Positions 29,628 to 39,683 are shown, numbered from the stretch's first letter. The stretch is DNA of 64,000 nucleotides from Candidatus Latescibacterota bacterium (GCA_965219995.1 CBDCOX010000002.1:1504001-1568000); one strand, 5' to 3'. The notes: a model not told the origin generated them from the sequence alone. Numbers and translations: made by a program.

Positions 29628-30572
29628 TCAGCGTGCGGCATCCCACTCTCGTGCGTTGCCTTCATCACCGGATAAATTAAAGTAGCTCCGTAATCGAGCA
29701 TAAGCCTCCAGTTTGTATTCAGCAGGGAAACAATGGCCGCATTCTTGTACGGCAAGAAGAAGATGATCGGACAGCCCGAAGGGTTCATAGAACTCGCGCC
29801 GGGCGTCGTCGAAATAGCTTTGGATCCGTTCAATGGTTTCCGCGTCCTTTTCCAGGGACTGTAACACCGTCATCAGATATCGTGGCGCGATCGGAAACAG
29901 GTTCTTTTCCGTAACCCGCCCCGTCACAAGTCCAACGCGGACCCTCGGATCCCGAGCCATCGTATTCGCGGCCTGCGCCGAACCCATTGAGTGGCCAATC
30001 ACGCCAATGCGATCCGAATCGACAAGTTCGAGCCCATCAAGAACATCAACGGCCCGTATCCCGTCATATGCCTGTTTGATCCAGAATGGTCTTCCCAACG
30101 GGTCGCTCAATATCCGGTGGCAATGCTTGTTTTCAAAGGGATGTCTGACGGCAGGAATATGGCGTTCGCCGCAATTGATCGCTTCCGGCGCAAGGACGAC
30201 AAATCCCTGGATGACAAGCTCATAACCATACGCCTGATCGGGGCGTTGGACGGCTCTGCCGACAACTGCATCCTTTGCGATAATACAGTCGGTGTTGCAC
30301 TGATGGAAGGCAACCATCGCCGGATAGGGCGGCGCGTATCGCTCGTCTCTCGGAATCAAAAGGTATGCCGGTACGTTTCTACCGGATGACTCAGGCATCG
30401 TTTCTTCGGTTTCAACACAATATTCGATCTTCCATTCTTCGTATACATGATCCCGATCAGACCGATATTGCCTGTCCACAATGTTAATCTCCAGCGGAGG
30501 AGGGTCAGGATATTCAGCCAATTCATCGTCGATCTGCTTCAGGAATTGCTCACGTTTTTCTTGCAGCGACAT
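29628..30572 (-). CDS. Dienelactone hydrolase-like alpha/beta hydrolase
   Basis: PAYLLIP, GFVVLAP, RIGVIGHSMG and GH. Confidence 0.88.
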   Translation of the reverse strand: MSLQEKREQFLKQIDDELAEYPDPPPLEINIVDRQYRSDRDHVYEEWKIEYCVETEETMPESSGRNVPAYLLIPRDERYAPPYPAMVAFHQCNTDCIIAKDAVVGRAVQRPDQAYGYELVIQGFVVLAPEAINCGERHIPAVRHPFENKHCHRILSDPLGRPFWIKQAYDGIRAVDVLDGLELVDSDRIGVIGHSMGSAQAANTMARDPRVRVGLVTGRVTEKNLFPIAPRYLMTVLQSLEKDAETIERIQSYFDDARREFYEPFGLSDHLLLAVQECGHCFPAEYKLEAYARLRSYFNLSGDEGNAREWDAAR

Positions 30573-30643
30573 GATCGTCGGATTCCTTTATTGCTTTGGA
30601 TTCTGTAACGAGAAAGTTCATCAGCGCGGGCTTGTTTGCCCGT

Positions 30644-31141
30644 TTATCGAAAGCCGCGCCGCAAGCGGATTTGGCGCCCGCCATCCCGTGTGCCTCCGTC
30701 GCGTCTCCAACCCGTGGCCTCGTAGAATGCGATCCCCCGCTCGTAGCCCTCGACGGTCCACACGACTGCCTCGTCGTAGCCGTCCGTAGCCAGATAACGA
30801 AGAGCGACGGACATCAGTGCTTTCCCAATACCCGTGCGCCAGTAAACCGGACAAATTGCGATCGAATCAAGCTCGCCAAGGCGCGGATCTACCGGGTCCC
30901 GGCTGGGTCCGATCCCGGCGAACCCTGCAATGGAACCCGTGCATTCGGCAACCCACCAACGATGAGGGACAGGTTGCGCAAGATCGTGCCGCCACCGTTC
31001 ATTAAGTTCCGGCGTCACGATTCTATCGGCCCGGGATAGATGCGCGCCAAATCCGGCGTTCCACGACTCGATGTAAATCCGTGTGATAATCTCGACGTCA
31101 GCAGGCGTGGCCGATCGGATCGTCGGTGGGGACTCTCGCAC
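30644..31141 (-). CDS. GNAT acetyltransferase (start uncertain)
   Basis: IRSAT.AD, WRTGIGKALM and AFYEATGW. Confidence 0.88.
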   Translation of the reverse strand: MRESPPTIRSATPADVEIITRIYIESWNAGFGAHLSRADRIVTPELNERWRHDLAQPVPHRWWVAECTGSIAGFAGIGPSRDPVDPRLGELDSIAICPVYWRTGIGKALMSVALRYLATDGYDEAVVWTVEGYERGIAFYEATGWRRDGGTRDGGRQIRLRRGFR

Positions 31142-31261
31142 GTTGATATACCCGTGGGATGATGGTGTCTTATTTCGTCCGTAATACGCCGACAGCCCCC
31201 TTCGCTCCAGGCGGTAGAGGGCTGCTGTCAAGGTCGCGCCATCGCCTTGTGTTGCAATTCG

Positions 31262-31447
31262 CTACACCGATGTCTTCGGGCGTGCGCCGCCATAAAAACC
31301 AAGGCGCTCGTCCAGGGACATCTCTTTCGTCTGCAGGTAGTGCACCTGGCGAATAAAATGCATCTCTTGCATCATTCCATCATTTGGAAATTCCTTTCGA
31401 ACTTCCTCCCGGATCATCTCCTTCTCTTCCTGCGTCACTTCCCTCAT
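31262..31447 (-). CDS. Small protein, probable antitoxin of the upstream PIN gene
   Basis: 61 aa MREVTQEEKEMIREEVRKEFPND..; AGGAG RBS overlapping the PIN stop. Confidence 0.65.
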   Translation of the reverse strand: MREVTQEEKEMIREEVRKEFPNDGMMQEMHFIRQVHYLQTKEMSLDERLGFYGGARPKTSV

Positions 31448-31457
31448 AGCGGGTCTC

Positions 31458-32084
31458 CTACAGTTCGGGCGGGGCGATAATCTCAATCGGCCCGAGGTGT
31501 CCTGTCCCGGAAATATCTCGCCATTCTCCCACCGATTCATCCCGTCTCGCGGCGTTGCCCTCGCTCGCAGACCTTACGCAGGTCGCCTGCGCTCTGGCGC
31601 CTTGCGAGACGGGCGACTCGTCGGCCGAATTCAGGCAATCTATTTCCGGGACAGAACAGTCGCCCTTCAACGCATTAATCAAATTGACTTCTCGTCGTAT
31701 ATTCACGTTTACAAGGTGTGTGAAGTTCCAACTGCAAAAATACCCAATTCCGTTGGTCACCGCAACGGCAACATGATTGCCGTCATCTACATATTTCTGT
31801 GGAAAGACTTCCCTTCCAACGTACTCTTGTGCTAGCGCGTCGGCTTCTTCATCAAACACGAGGACTTTGCAATCCTTTACCAGGTTTTCTAACTGCCATC
31901 TCCTCTCCTCGTCAGGAGTGGCACGAATCTCCAACAAGACAACACTTGAAATTACGACTTCAAAGTCTGGCAGACGTTCATGCCAAAACTGAAGGGTCTG
32001 CCCCTGGCGTTCAGGGGTTCTCGAATCGAAATAGGCACTTGGAATCGTTGAATCAAGATAAACACTCTGTCTGGCTATTTTCAC
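31458..32084 (-). CDS. PIN-domain toxin carrying an in-frame 55-aa MITE-derived insertion
   Basis: VYLDSTIPS, DGNHVAVA, SWNFTHLVN and C-terminal PIEIIAPPEL. Confidence 0.88.
   Translation of the reverse strand: MKIARQSVYLDSTIPSAYFDSRTPERQGQTLQFWHERLPDFEVVISSVVLLEIRATPDEERRWQLENLVKDCKVLVFDEEADALAQEYVGREVFPQKYVDDGNHVAVAVTNGIGYFCSWNFTHLVNVNIRREVNLINALKGDCSVPEIDCLNSADESPVSQGARAQATCVRSASEGNAARRDESVGEWRDISGTGHLGPIEIIAPPEL
31497..31659 (-). mobile_element. Family A MITE, 163 bp
   Basis: TIRs GTGTCCTGTCCCGGAAATA / TATTTCCGGGACAGAACAG. Confidence 0.92.
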
Positions 32085-32174
32085 CGGCTGTCACCTTGAT
32101 TACAGAAACCGACGGACGTATTGTGTTGGTAGATTTACGCTCTTCCGTCTTGTAGGACTCTGATCCTTCTTCAT

Positions 32175-33140
32175 CTATCTGCCGAGACAACAATTCTTAT
32201 GCTTTTTTCCACTACCACATGGACATATCTCGTTTCGGCCAACTTTTCTCCCATTGGCTTTCGATGTACGATTGGCCACTTGATTGACGGCAAAATCGAG
32301 TCGCTTAGCCCCCCAAATGTTGCCAGTGAACCGCTTACATTGTTCAGGACTATAGGGTGTACGAGGTAACTCTTTGATTGCGTTCCATGACGTATTCACA
32401 TCAATGGCGAATTCGTTTGCTGTATCTTCGCTGGCTCGTAGCGTCTGTTTAAGCAGGGGATACCTATACTCCGTAACGGTTGACCCAGGCAAGAGAACTA
32501 GCGATCCTGCAAAAATTCGGACCTCGGTATTTTTACCACTACCGGCCGTGTTTACTGATTGACTGCCCAAATTGTGATGAACGTAGTCGCAGAGCGATTC
32601 GTACCTTTGCCAGATTCCTTCGAAACCCTTGGTATTCGTTAGGTTCTTTATACACCCGACAATATTGATGGGTTTTAGGACCGAATTGGACACACCCTGC
32701 TCTTTGAGTATTCGTTCGAATTCTGGATTTGACGTCGCAAATCGCGCTCTAACTATGTTCTTAAAGAATGACTCGCCACCACCTCTCCAATCTTGAGTCG
32801 CGCGATTCTTCGCGGAATCAAGCCTGGATTTCACTTCGACCAAAAAGGCACACAATTCCAATGCACTACGACCCGCCAGATAGAGGCCAATAGAACTGGT
32901 ATTCGCGAGCGCGAGATAGGTGTCAATTAGTTGTATGACCTTTATTTGGTTGCAGATGCGAAAGTTGTTGGCGTGTCCTAGACAGGATTGATGGATGTGT
33001 TTAAAAGTCCTCCCCTCTGAGTCAGATCGTGACTCTAGATCAAGACACTGCTTTGGCTCAGGCAACTGTATCGGAAGCTCCAAACTATCCAACATCCCCT
33101 GCCGCATACCGATGATTTTCTGGATCGCTAATTTGGACAC
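32175..33140 (-). CDS. SEC-C motif protein with a helical, possibly HEPN-like N-terminal domain
   Basis: VGRNEICPCGSGKKHKNCC; RSALE and YESLCDYVH motifs; AT-richer than its flanks. Confidence 0.82.
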   Translation of the reverse strand: MSKLAIQKIIGMRQGMLDSLELPIQLPEPKQCLDLESRSDSEGRTFKHIHQSCLGHANNFRICNQIKVIQLIDTYLALANTSSIGLYLAGRSALELCAFLVEVKSRLDSAKNRATQDWRGGGESFFKNIVRARFATSNPEFERILKEQGVSNSVLKPINIVGCIKNLTNTKGFEGIWQRYESLCDYVHHNLGSQSVNTAGSGKNTEVRIFAGSLVLLPGSTVTEYRYPLLKQTLRASEDTANEFAIDVNTSWNAIKELPRTPYSPEQCKRFTGNIWGAKRLDFAVNQVANRTSKANGRKVGRNEICPCGSGKKHKNCCLGR

Positions 33141-33246
33141 TTCACATATCCCTCAGGATTTGCGTTTCTCATTTTTCCCTGTCTGTTGGTTGTGGCGGTG
33201 AGAATTTAACGGGTACGTTCATCAAACGTAACGCAATGCCCGAATC

Positions 33247-33276
33247 ATTAAAACATGCACGGTGGTACGGTGTCAA
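33247..33276 (-). promoter_or_regulatory. Possible promoter of the SEC-C gene
   Basis: TTGACA-18 bp-TTTAAT with TG extension. Confidence 0.45.
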
Positions 33277-33471
33277 GCGCCGTTGCGAACTCGGAGAGAT
33301 ACTCCCGTAGGAATCTTCAGCTCATTTGTCTCCTGTCAAGGATCTTGAAGACTGTTGCTGCTACATTGGGCGAGAAATGCCCTACGTATTGGGCCTGCGA
33401 CTAACGGGTATAAACCAATAGTGCTCCCCGTATAATCTACACTCTCCATAGCAGCGGGCACTCTCGCAGGA

Positions 33472-33612
33472 CCGTTTCGACACGCTCAATGACGGCGTTT
33501 CGACAAGCTCAACGAACGTCATTGAGCCTACTCTCTGAGGCTGTGACTCGAGAATCCTGCCGTGAACCGCTCCCTGAGTCTGTCGAAGGGACGGCGAGTG
33601 GCAGTCGAAAAA
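33472..33612. repeat. Cluster of TTCGACARGCTCA micro-elements in both orientations
   Basis: TTTCGACACGCTCAATG, CGTTTCGACAAGCTCAACG and TCCCTGAGTCTGTCGAAGGGA. Confidence 0.85.
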
Positions 33613-33719
33613 CGGCCAAACGCGGCCGTTCTCCAGATCGATGTTGATCGGAGCCAGTCCCTACGGGATTCCTATATTTCCCGCCGCGAGATTTCGCAGC
33701 CGCAATTTCAGCGGCGCTG

Positions 33720-34187
33720 TTACTGCGGTTTCATGAATTCCATTCGGATGAATTCGAACTCACCCCCGTTCGTACGGTTCATATAGCGTTCGACTTCCCT
33801 GAAACCGACGCGTTCGTAAACCTTTATCGCCCGCTGGTTGAACGCCGCGACGCGAAGTTGAATGGTCTTCGGCGAGAACCGGGATTGCGCGAAATCCAGT
33901 CCCGCACAAACAAAACGCTCCCCCAGTCCCTTCCCCGTCAGATCCGGATGAAGACCCAGACCGTAATCCACGACGCCGACTGAGATTTGATACGCAAAAA
34001 ACCCGACCAATTCGCCAGCGTCATCCCGTACGGCGAACATGGAGTCGCCCCGAAGTGCGGGATCAAGAAGTTCCGCCAGGTCCTCGGCATCCGCTTCCGC
34101 GTCATAAAACGCATATTCGCCCTCGTAATGCCACGAAGCGATCGTTTCAGCGTCCGATTGACTCAGAGGTTCGATATCAAACCGCAT
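33720..34187 (-). CDS. GNAT acetyltransferase (RimJ/RimL-like)
   Basis: GLGLHPDLTGKGLG and FNQRAIKVYERVGF. Confidence 0.92.
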   Translation of the reverse strand: MRFDIEPLSQSDAETIASWHYEGEYAFYDAEADAEDLAELLDPALRGDSMFAVRDDAGELVGFFAYQISVGVVDYGLGLHPDLTGKGLGERFVCAGLDFAQSRFSPKTIQLRVAAFNQRAIKVYERVGFREVERYMNRTNGGEFEFIRMEFMKPQ

Positions 34188-35580
34188 CGGCCAACTCCCG
34201 GAGCACGTCGACTGCCAGTAGAACGTCCTCCTTCCGGCAATCGAACTGCCCGACCTGGAAGCGGATGACGAATCGTCCGTCGTGGATCGTATGTGTCAGG
34301 TAGATCCGGCCGTCGTCGTTCACCGCGCGGAGCAGGCGCTCGGTGGCCTCGTCGGCATTCCGCCCTTCCGGGGCGAACTGGAACGTGAAGAGCGAGAGGC
34401 GGCATTCCGTGGTCAGGCGGAAGCCGTCGAGCGATGCAATTGCGGCGGCGGCTTCCCCGGCCCAGGCGACGTGGTTCCGGATCCGATGTCGCAGATCTTC
34501 GAGACCGTGGGCGCGCAACAGGAACCAGAGTTTGAGGGCCCGAAAGCGGCGCCCCAATGGAATCGTCCACTCGCTGTAATTGGTGATCTCGGACTGCCCG
34601 AGCGTCTCGAGGTATTCGGGACGGATACCCAGGGTCCGGACCTGCGGCTCCGGGTCCGCGAGAAACTGGATCGAGCAATCGAACTGCGCGCCGAGCCACT
34701 TGTGGGGGTTGAAGACGATGCTGTCGGCGCCCTCGACGCCTTCCCACAGCTCCCGAAGTTCGGGACAGATCATCGCGGAGCCGGCCCACGCCGCGTCCAC
34801 GTGCACGTAGAGGTCATGCTCGCGCGCGACTGAGATGGCCGGGGCCGGACGGTCGGACGCGCCCATCGACGTACCGCCGATGCAGAGGACGACGCCGGCC
34901 GGCAGAAATCCCGCCGCGAGGTCGGCGTCGATCGCCGCCCCAAGCGCTTGGGAATCAAGCGCGCCGGAACCGTCGGTATGGACTTTGACGAGATTCCGCT
35001 GGCCGATCCCGGCGATCCGGATCGACTTGTCGATAGACGAATGGGTCTCCGGCGACGCGTAGATCCGCAATTGTCTCTCGCCCGTGATTCCGGAGTCGAT
35101 CCCGCGCCAACCCAGCGCGCGCTCCCGCATTGTCAGAACGGCGCAGAGGTTGGCCGACGTTGCGGTGTCCTGAATGACCCCCTGGAACCCTTCCGGCAAT
35201 CCCAGGGCCTGGCGCATCCAGTCCACCATCCGCGTCTCCATTTCAGTCGCCGCGGGCGAGGTCTGCCAGAGCATGCACTGGGCCGCCATCACCGCTGTCA
35301 GGTTCTCGGCGATCATCGAAACCGGCGCGGCGTTGGCCGCGAAATAGGCGAAGAAGCGCCGGTGCTGCCAGTGCGTCATCCCGTCCGGCACGATTCGCTC
35401 GAAGTCGGCGAAAATCGTCTCCATGTCTTCCGGCGCTTCCGGCGGCGCATCGGGAAGCATCGCGGCGATCTCACCAGGCGCGGTCTGTGCCCTCACGGGC
35501 CGCTCGTCGAGCGTGGACAGGTACTCAGCACCCCATCGGGCGGTTCGCTCAGCCCATTTATAGTAGTCTTCTCTTCTCAT
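34177..35580 (-). CDS. PLP-dependent aromatic-L-amino-acid decarboxylase (group II)
   Basis: GMTHWQH, SPAATEME, HVDAAWAG, FNPHKW and LGRRFRALKLW. Confidence 0.93.
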   Translation of the reverse strand: MRREDYYKWAERTARWGAEYLSTLDERPVRAQTAPGEIAAMLPDAPPEAPEDMETIFADFERIVPDGMTHWQHRRFFAYFAANAAPVSMIAENLTAVMAAQCMLWQTSPAATEMETRMVDWMRQALGLPEGFQGVIQDTATSANLCAVLTMRERALGWRGIDSGITGERQLRIYASPETHSSIDKSIRIAGIGQRNLVKVHTDGSGALDSQALGAAIDADLAAGFLPAGVVLCIGGTSMGASDRPAPAISVAREHDLYVHVDAAWAGSAMICPELRELWEGVEGADSIVFNPHKWLGAQFDCSIQFLADPEPQVRTLGIRPEYLETLGQSEITNYSEWTIPLGRRFRALKLWFLLRAHGLEDLRHRIRNHVAWAGEAAAAIASLDGFRLTTECRLSLFTFQFAPEGRNADEATERLLRAVNDDGRIYLTHTIHDGRFVIRFQVGQFDCRKEDVLLAVDVLRELADAV

Positions 35581-36139
35581 AGTAACGTTGACTCAATAAT
35601 CTTTACAGTTCAATTCGTTTCAGCTCCATTTCTGACCCAGACCCGCCGACCGTCCGGTGCTCGCTGCCGCGCCGATACACGAGGTTCAGACCCAGTCGCG
35701 ACTGTGGCCCATTGCTGAATTTCGCCGGCCTTGCGTAGATTTCATCGATTGATCACAACCATAGGGCTTTATTGTAGAAATTTCACATTTATTTATTATA
35801 TTTATTAGAATAACGCATATCGGCACGTCGAATGCCGATTTCGCGTTACCGTGCGGCTGTCCCGTGGCCACGACGGCAAGCATACAGCATGCTGCCCGCA
35901 AGATTCCACTCTCCAAGGGAGACCTTTATGGAAGACAAAGGGCCGATCCACCGCAGTTTCCCCGCAAGTTGATCTCGTCGATGCGGTCCACTTCCTCGAG
36001 GCATATATACAGCAAGAGCCGCGACCCGCCAAAGTCGCGGCACCCAGACATTAACCTCGCCCCCTCAAGGTGTGCTGAAATCTAACACAGTGAGAGCGCC
36101 AGGGCAATAACTTTCGGTCAAACGGAAAAGGAGGCGATC

Positions 36140-37531
36140 ATGTCAATGCGTGTCGCAATAATCGCACTTGCCGCATGCGTGAGTTGGAGTTGTGGTGGTG
36201 AGCGTGTTACGCAGATGCAGGAGCCAGAAGGTCAGGTGGGACGACCGCTGGGTAAAGTGGCCGCACAGTATGATGGCGGACATGCAGCGGTGATGGTCAC
36301 TCTAACGCAGGATGGCGCCCCGGTGATCGGCGCAACCGTAGAATTCGCGCGGTCTGTTTCCGGACAGGCGGCAGATTACACGGAGTTCGCCGGCGGGCCG
36401 AATACGACCGATGAGAATGGCCGGGCGAGACTGAAACTTTCAGGTAACAACGTAACGGGTTATTTTCGGGCGCGAGCCTCGAAAGATGGAGTTCAAGTCG
36501 GTTCCTGGTCGAGCATACCGATTAACGCCGGTTACAGGGTGTTGGTGAATCTGCCCATTGGCGACAAGGCCCGGCTGACAGGCTCATTCGCGCTTTCTGA
36601 ACAGACCATCGTCTTCAGCGAACTGAACTGGGCCAGTGCCCAGTTGCAGAACCGCATCGCACAATATATCGTGGAGCTGGGCTACGACTATCCTACCGAT
36701 CTGATCGCCGGCTCCACGCTGCCCCTGTTCGACAGCTTGCGCAAAGGTGACACCCATGTTTTCATGGAGGTCTGGCTGCCCAACCAGGACGAAGGCTGGG
36801 CAGAATCTCAGGCCGCCGGGGACGCGATTAACGTCGGCCCAAGTCTTGGCAGCGACTGGCAGTCGGCGTTTGTCATTCCCGCGTACCTCCAGGAGCAGTA
36901 TCCGGATCTGGACAGCGTAGAAGATCTCAAGGAAGACCGTTTCAAGAACCTGTTTGCGACCGCGGAGACGGGCGGCAAGGCGCGCCTGATGTCCTGCGTC
37001 AGCACCTGGGGCTGCGCAGAAATAAATGCAGCCCAGATTGAAGGCTACGGCCTGTCGGATCACGTACAGATCGTCACCCCCGAGGATGCAGAAGCGTTGG
37101 ACGCCGACCTTTACAGCGCCTACGAGAACGGAGATCCCTGGCTCGGTTTTCAGTGGGGCACCAACGATCCGGCCTTGCTCCTGAACCTGGTACGGCTCGA
37201 CGAGCCCGAGTATAGCGACGAGTGCTGGGAAACGAACAAGGCCTGCGCCTACGAGGCCGCAACCATCCTGATTGCGGTGCATTCCAGTCTGCCGGCCAGG
37301 GCCCCCGACGTCGTCGACATGCTCCGGGCCTGGGGCCTCGACATCGACCGCTACAAGGAGGTTGCCGTCTGGCAGAGCGAGAACCCGGAGGCCGGAATCA
37401 ACGACGCGGCTCTCTGGTGGCTGGGCGCCAAGTCCGATCATTGGAGCGGCTGGGTTACCGGCAATGCTGCTGCCGCCATCAAGACCGCCCTCGATGCCAA
37501 CGAAATACCCGATGGCTGGCCTGAAGAGTAG
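36140..37531 (+). CDS. Lipoprotein: Ig-like N-terminal module plus glycine betaine/choline ABC substrate-binding domain
   Basis: Lipobox-like SWSC; TTDENGRA; NWASA, MEVWLPN and WGC (ProX-like); AAGGAGG RBS. Confidence 0.85.
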   Translation: MSMRVAIIALAACVSWSCGGERVTQMQEPEGQVGRPLGKVAAQYDGGHAAVMVTLTQDGAPVIGATVEFARSVSGQAADYTEFAGGPNTTDENGRARLKLSGNNVTGYFRARASKDGVQVGSWSSIPINAGYRVLVNLPIGDKARLTGSFALSEQTIVFSELNWASAQLQNRIAQYIVELGYDYPTDLIAGSTLPLFDSLRKGDTHVFMEVWLPNQDEGWAESQAAGDAINVGPSLGSDWQSAFVIPAYLQEQYPDLDSVEDLKEDRFKNLFATAETGGKARLMSCVSTWGCAEINAAQIEGYGLSDHVQIVTPEDAEALDADLYSAYENGDPWLGFQWGTNDPALLLNLVRLDEPEYSDECWETNKACAYEAATILIAVHSSLPARAPDVVDMLRAWGLDIDRYKEVAVWQSENPEAGINDAALWWLGAKSDHWSGWVTGNAAAAIKTALDANEIPDGWPEE

Positions 37532-37609
37532 GTCTGGTCAATGTCCGCGTCAGGGACGCCAAAAACATCGTTCGTAAAGATCACTTTCCGACTGACAAGG
37601 AAAAACCAA

Positions 37610-38884
37610 ATGGATACCCTTCCGCTACCTGCCCGTCCCGTACTCGCGCACTACGTGAAACGCGCCAAGGACCTCGTCAGCGCCGCTCATTCGGAGAACA
37701 CGAACGCAGTTAAGGAGTTCTGCAACAATTGGCTCGACGAGATTGTCCGCGTGTCCGGGCCCGACCTGACGGACTTTGTGCGGGGCAGCTGGGAACGGGC
37801 CATCGGCGAAGTCGAAAAAAGCGCCGGTGACGTGTCGGCGAAGGCTGGAGATGAGAGCCATCGGTTTTCGATTGCGGACGCTCAGTCGCTCATCGCAGGG
37901 GCGCATAGCTTCGAAGGCTGGGACGCGTTTGCCGACTTCATTAAGCGCGACACGCGCCAGACGCCCGAGGGCGCCGAGTTCGAGGTCGCGGCCGACGCCG
38001 TGGTCGATGGAGACCTCGCCAGGCTTGAGCCCCTTCTGCGCGGGAATCCGGCCCTGGCCCACGCCAGATCGGCGCGCATTCACCGGGCGACGCTGCTGTA
38101 CTATCTCGCCGCCAACGGCATCGAGGACTTCCGCCAGCGGTCGCCCGCCAATGCGCCGGAGGTCGCGCGGTTTCTGCTGGATGCCGGCGCCGAGGTGGAT
38201 GCCCTGTGCGGACCGGGCGATTCGGGAGACACGCCGATGCTGGCGCTCGTAACCAGCGTTCATCCGCACTACAGGGGTGTTGCGACCGAACTGATCGAGA
38301 TGTTCGTGGAGGCGGGTTCGAAGGTGGATGGGGTCAACGGAGACGGCGCGCCGGTCCGTCTGGCCTTCAAGTTCGGGTATCCCGAGTCTGCCGCCGCACT
38401 GGTGCGTCTCGGGGCCGAGGTGAAAACCGTAGCGATGGCCGCGGGGCTGGGCCAACTGGACCTGACAGAGGAATTCGTGGAAGAACGCGGCGTTTCTGAG
38501 GCAGACCTGGCGGTCGCGTTTGAAGATGCCTGCCGGTTCGGACGGACGGAGATCGCCGAATACCTGCTGGCGCAGGGCGCCGACGTGGACGGACAGGGCA
38601 CGTGGGATATGACGGGCCTGATGTGGGCCGCTTCCCAGGGACATCTCGACACCCTGTCACTGATCCTCGATCGCGGCCCGTCGCTTGAATTGAAAAACGA
38701 GTTCGGCGGCACCGCGATGGGCACGACCCTGCATTTCGCGATCAATTCGCCGAACCCCGGGGCGGACTATCCAGCGGCGATCGACATGTTGCTGAACGCG
38801 GGGCTGAAATCCGAGGGCTCCAGGAAAGGAACGGGGCGGGATGATATCGACGCCGTGCTTCGCAGGCACGGTCGGATCGACTGA
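37610..38884 (+). CDS. Ankyrin-repeat protein
   Basis: LLDAGAEVDA, LLAQGADVD and TGLMWAASQGH; N-terminal LP.RP..KRAKDL..ADAQ module. Confidence 0.9.
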   Translation: MDTLPLPARPVLAHYVKRAKDLVSAAHSENTNAVKEFCNNWLDEIVRVSGPDLTDFVRGSWERAIGEVEKSAGDVSAKAGDESHRFSIADAQSLIAGAHSFEGWDAFADFIKRDTRQTPEGAEFEVAADAVVDGDLARLEPLLRGNPALAHARSARIHRATLLYYLAANGIEDFRQRSPANAPEVARFLLDAGAEVDALCGPGDSGDTPMLALVTSVHPHYRGVATELIEMFVEAGSKVDGVNGDGAPVRLAFKFGYPESAAALVRLGAEVKTVAMAAGLGQLDLTEEFVEERGVSEADLAVAFEDACRFGRTEIAEYLLAQGADVDGQGTWDMTGLMWAASQGHLDTLSLILDRGPSLELKNEFGGTAMGTTLHFAINSPNPGADYPAAIDMLLNAGLKSEGSRKGTGRDDIDAVLRRHGRID

Positions 38885-38910
38885 TCCGGCAGTCCATTGA
38901 CCGGCATCAC

Positions 38911-38945
38911 AAAAACAAGGCGCTGCCATCACGGCGGCGCCTTTT
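38911..38945. terminator. Probably bidirectional intrinsic terminator
   Basis: AAAAAC-AAGGCGCTGCC-ATCAC-GGCGGCGCCTT-TT between convergent units. Confidence 0.7.
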
Positions 38946-38980
38946 CCGTTGAGCCTCGGAAACAGACGGGCGAACTCTTG

Positions 38981-39012
38981 CGTTGAGCCTGTTGAAATGG
39001 CTTGTCGAAACG
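38981..39012 (-). repeat. Nested/degenerate micro-element
   Basis: CGTTGAGCCTGTTGAAATGGCTTGTCGAAACG. Confidence 0.7.
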
Positions 39013-39230
39013 CCCGTATACCGGGTTCCCAACGAACCCGCGCCGCCTCGGCATGACCTTCCGGGCGCAAACGTGCCGCCTTTCAGGCTTGGGACACGTA
39101 CAAATCACACTGGTGTGTACCGATGCCGCAGTAGATCCTTCGTCAGCCGGCCTGCCGGTGATTCGGTGGCAGGCCGGACCGCTTCCTCAGGATGACAGTT
39201 TGGGCTAACGGATGACGGATACATTTCAAC

Positions 39231-39640
39231 GATGGCTATTGCAAGACATGTCATTCTGAGCGAAGCGAAGAATCTCCCGTCTTCTCGGCTTGACGTGTGG
39301 CGGAAGCCTTCACCAACCCATATGCGCGGAGGCCTGGTTTCCCTGGCGGCTTTCTCACAGTCTGGGCGCACGTCGGCAGACAGGAATGTCTGCCCCACCC
39401 TCACAGCGGCTTCTTCACAGTTCGGCGCAGGCATGGCCGAGACATTTCGCCCATGGCAATCGCCCTACATGTCATTCTGAGCGCAGCGAAGAATCCCCCG
39501 TCTTCTCGGCTTGACGTGCGGCAGAAGCCTTCGCCAACCGGTATGCGCGGAGGCCTGGTTTCCCTGGCGGCTTCCTCACAGTTGCAGCGCACGTCGGCAG
39601 ACAGGAATGTCCGCCCCACCCTCGAAACGGCTTCTTCATC
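39231..39640 (+). repeat. Tandem composite repeat with 221 bp period (GTCATTCTGAGCGAAGCGAAGAATC palindrome plus GTGG-type REP)
   Basis: CATGTCATTCTGAGCG at 39247 and 39468; GGCAGACAGGAATGTCYGCCCCAC in both units. Confidence 0.92.
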
Positions 39641-39657
39641 GTCTACACCGTGCACGT

Positions 39658-39683
39658 GTAGGGGCGTCCCTTGTGGGCGCCCT
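39658..39683 (+). repeat. GTAG-type REP
   Basis: GTAG-GGGCGTCC-CTTGT-GGGCGCCC; reverse copy at 61561-61587. Confidence 0.85.

Noticed and set aside
35850-36139. Riboswitch upstream of the betaine-binding lipoprotein
   Set aside because: Only a simple hairpin (GCCGCGAC..GTCGCGGC) is visible; I could not match any riboswitch consensus
39231-39640. Possible CRISPR array
   Set aside because: Two long near-identical units with no unique spacers and no cas genes; it is a tandem REP mosaic
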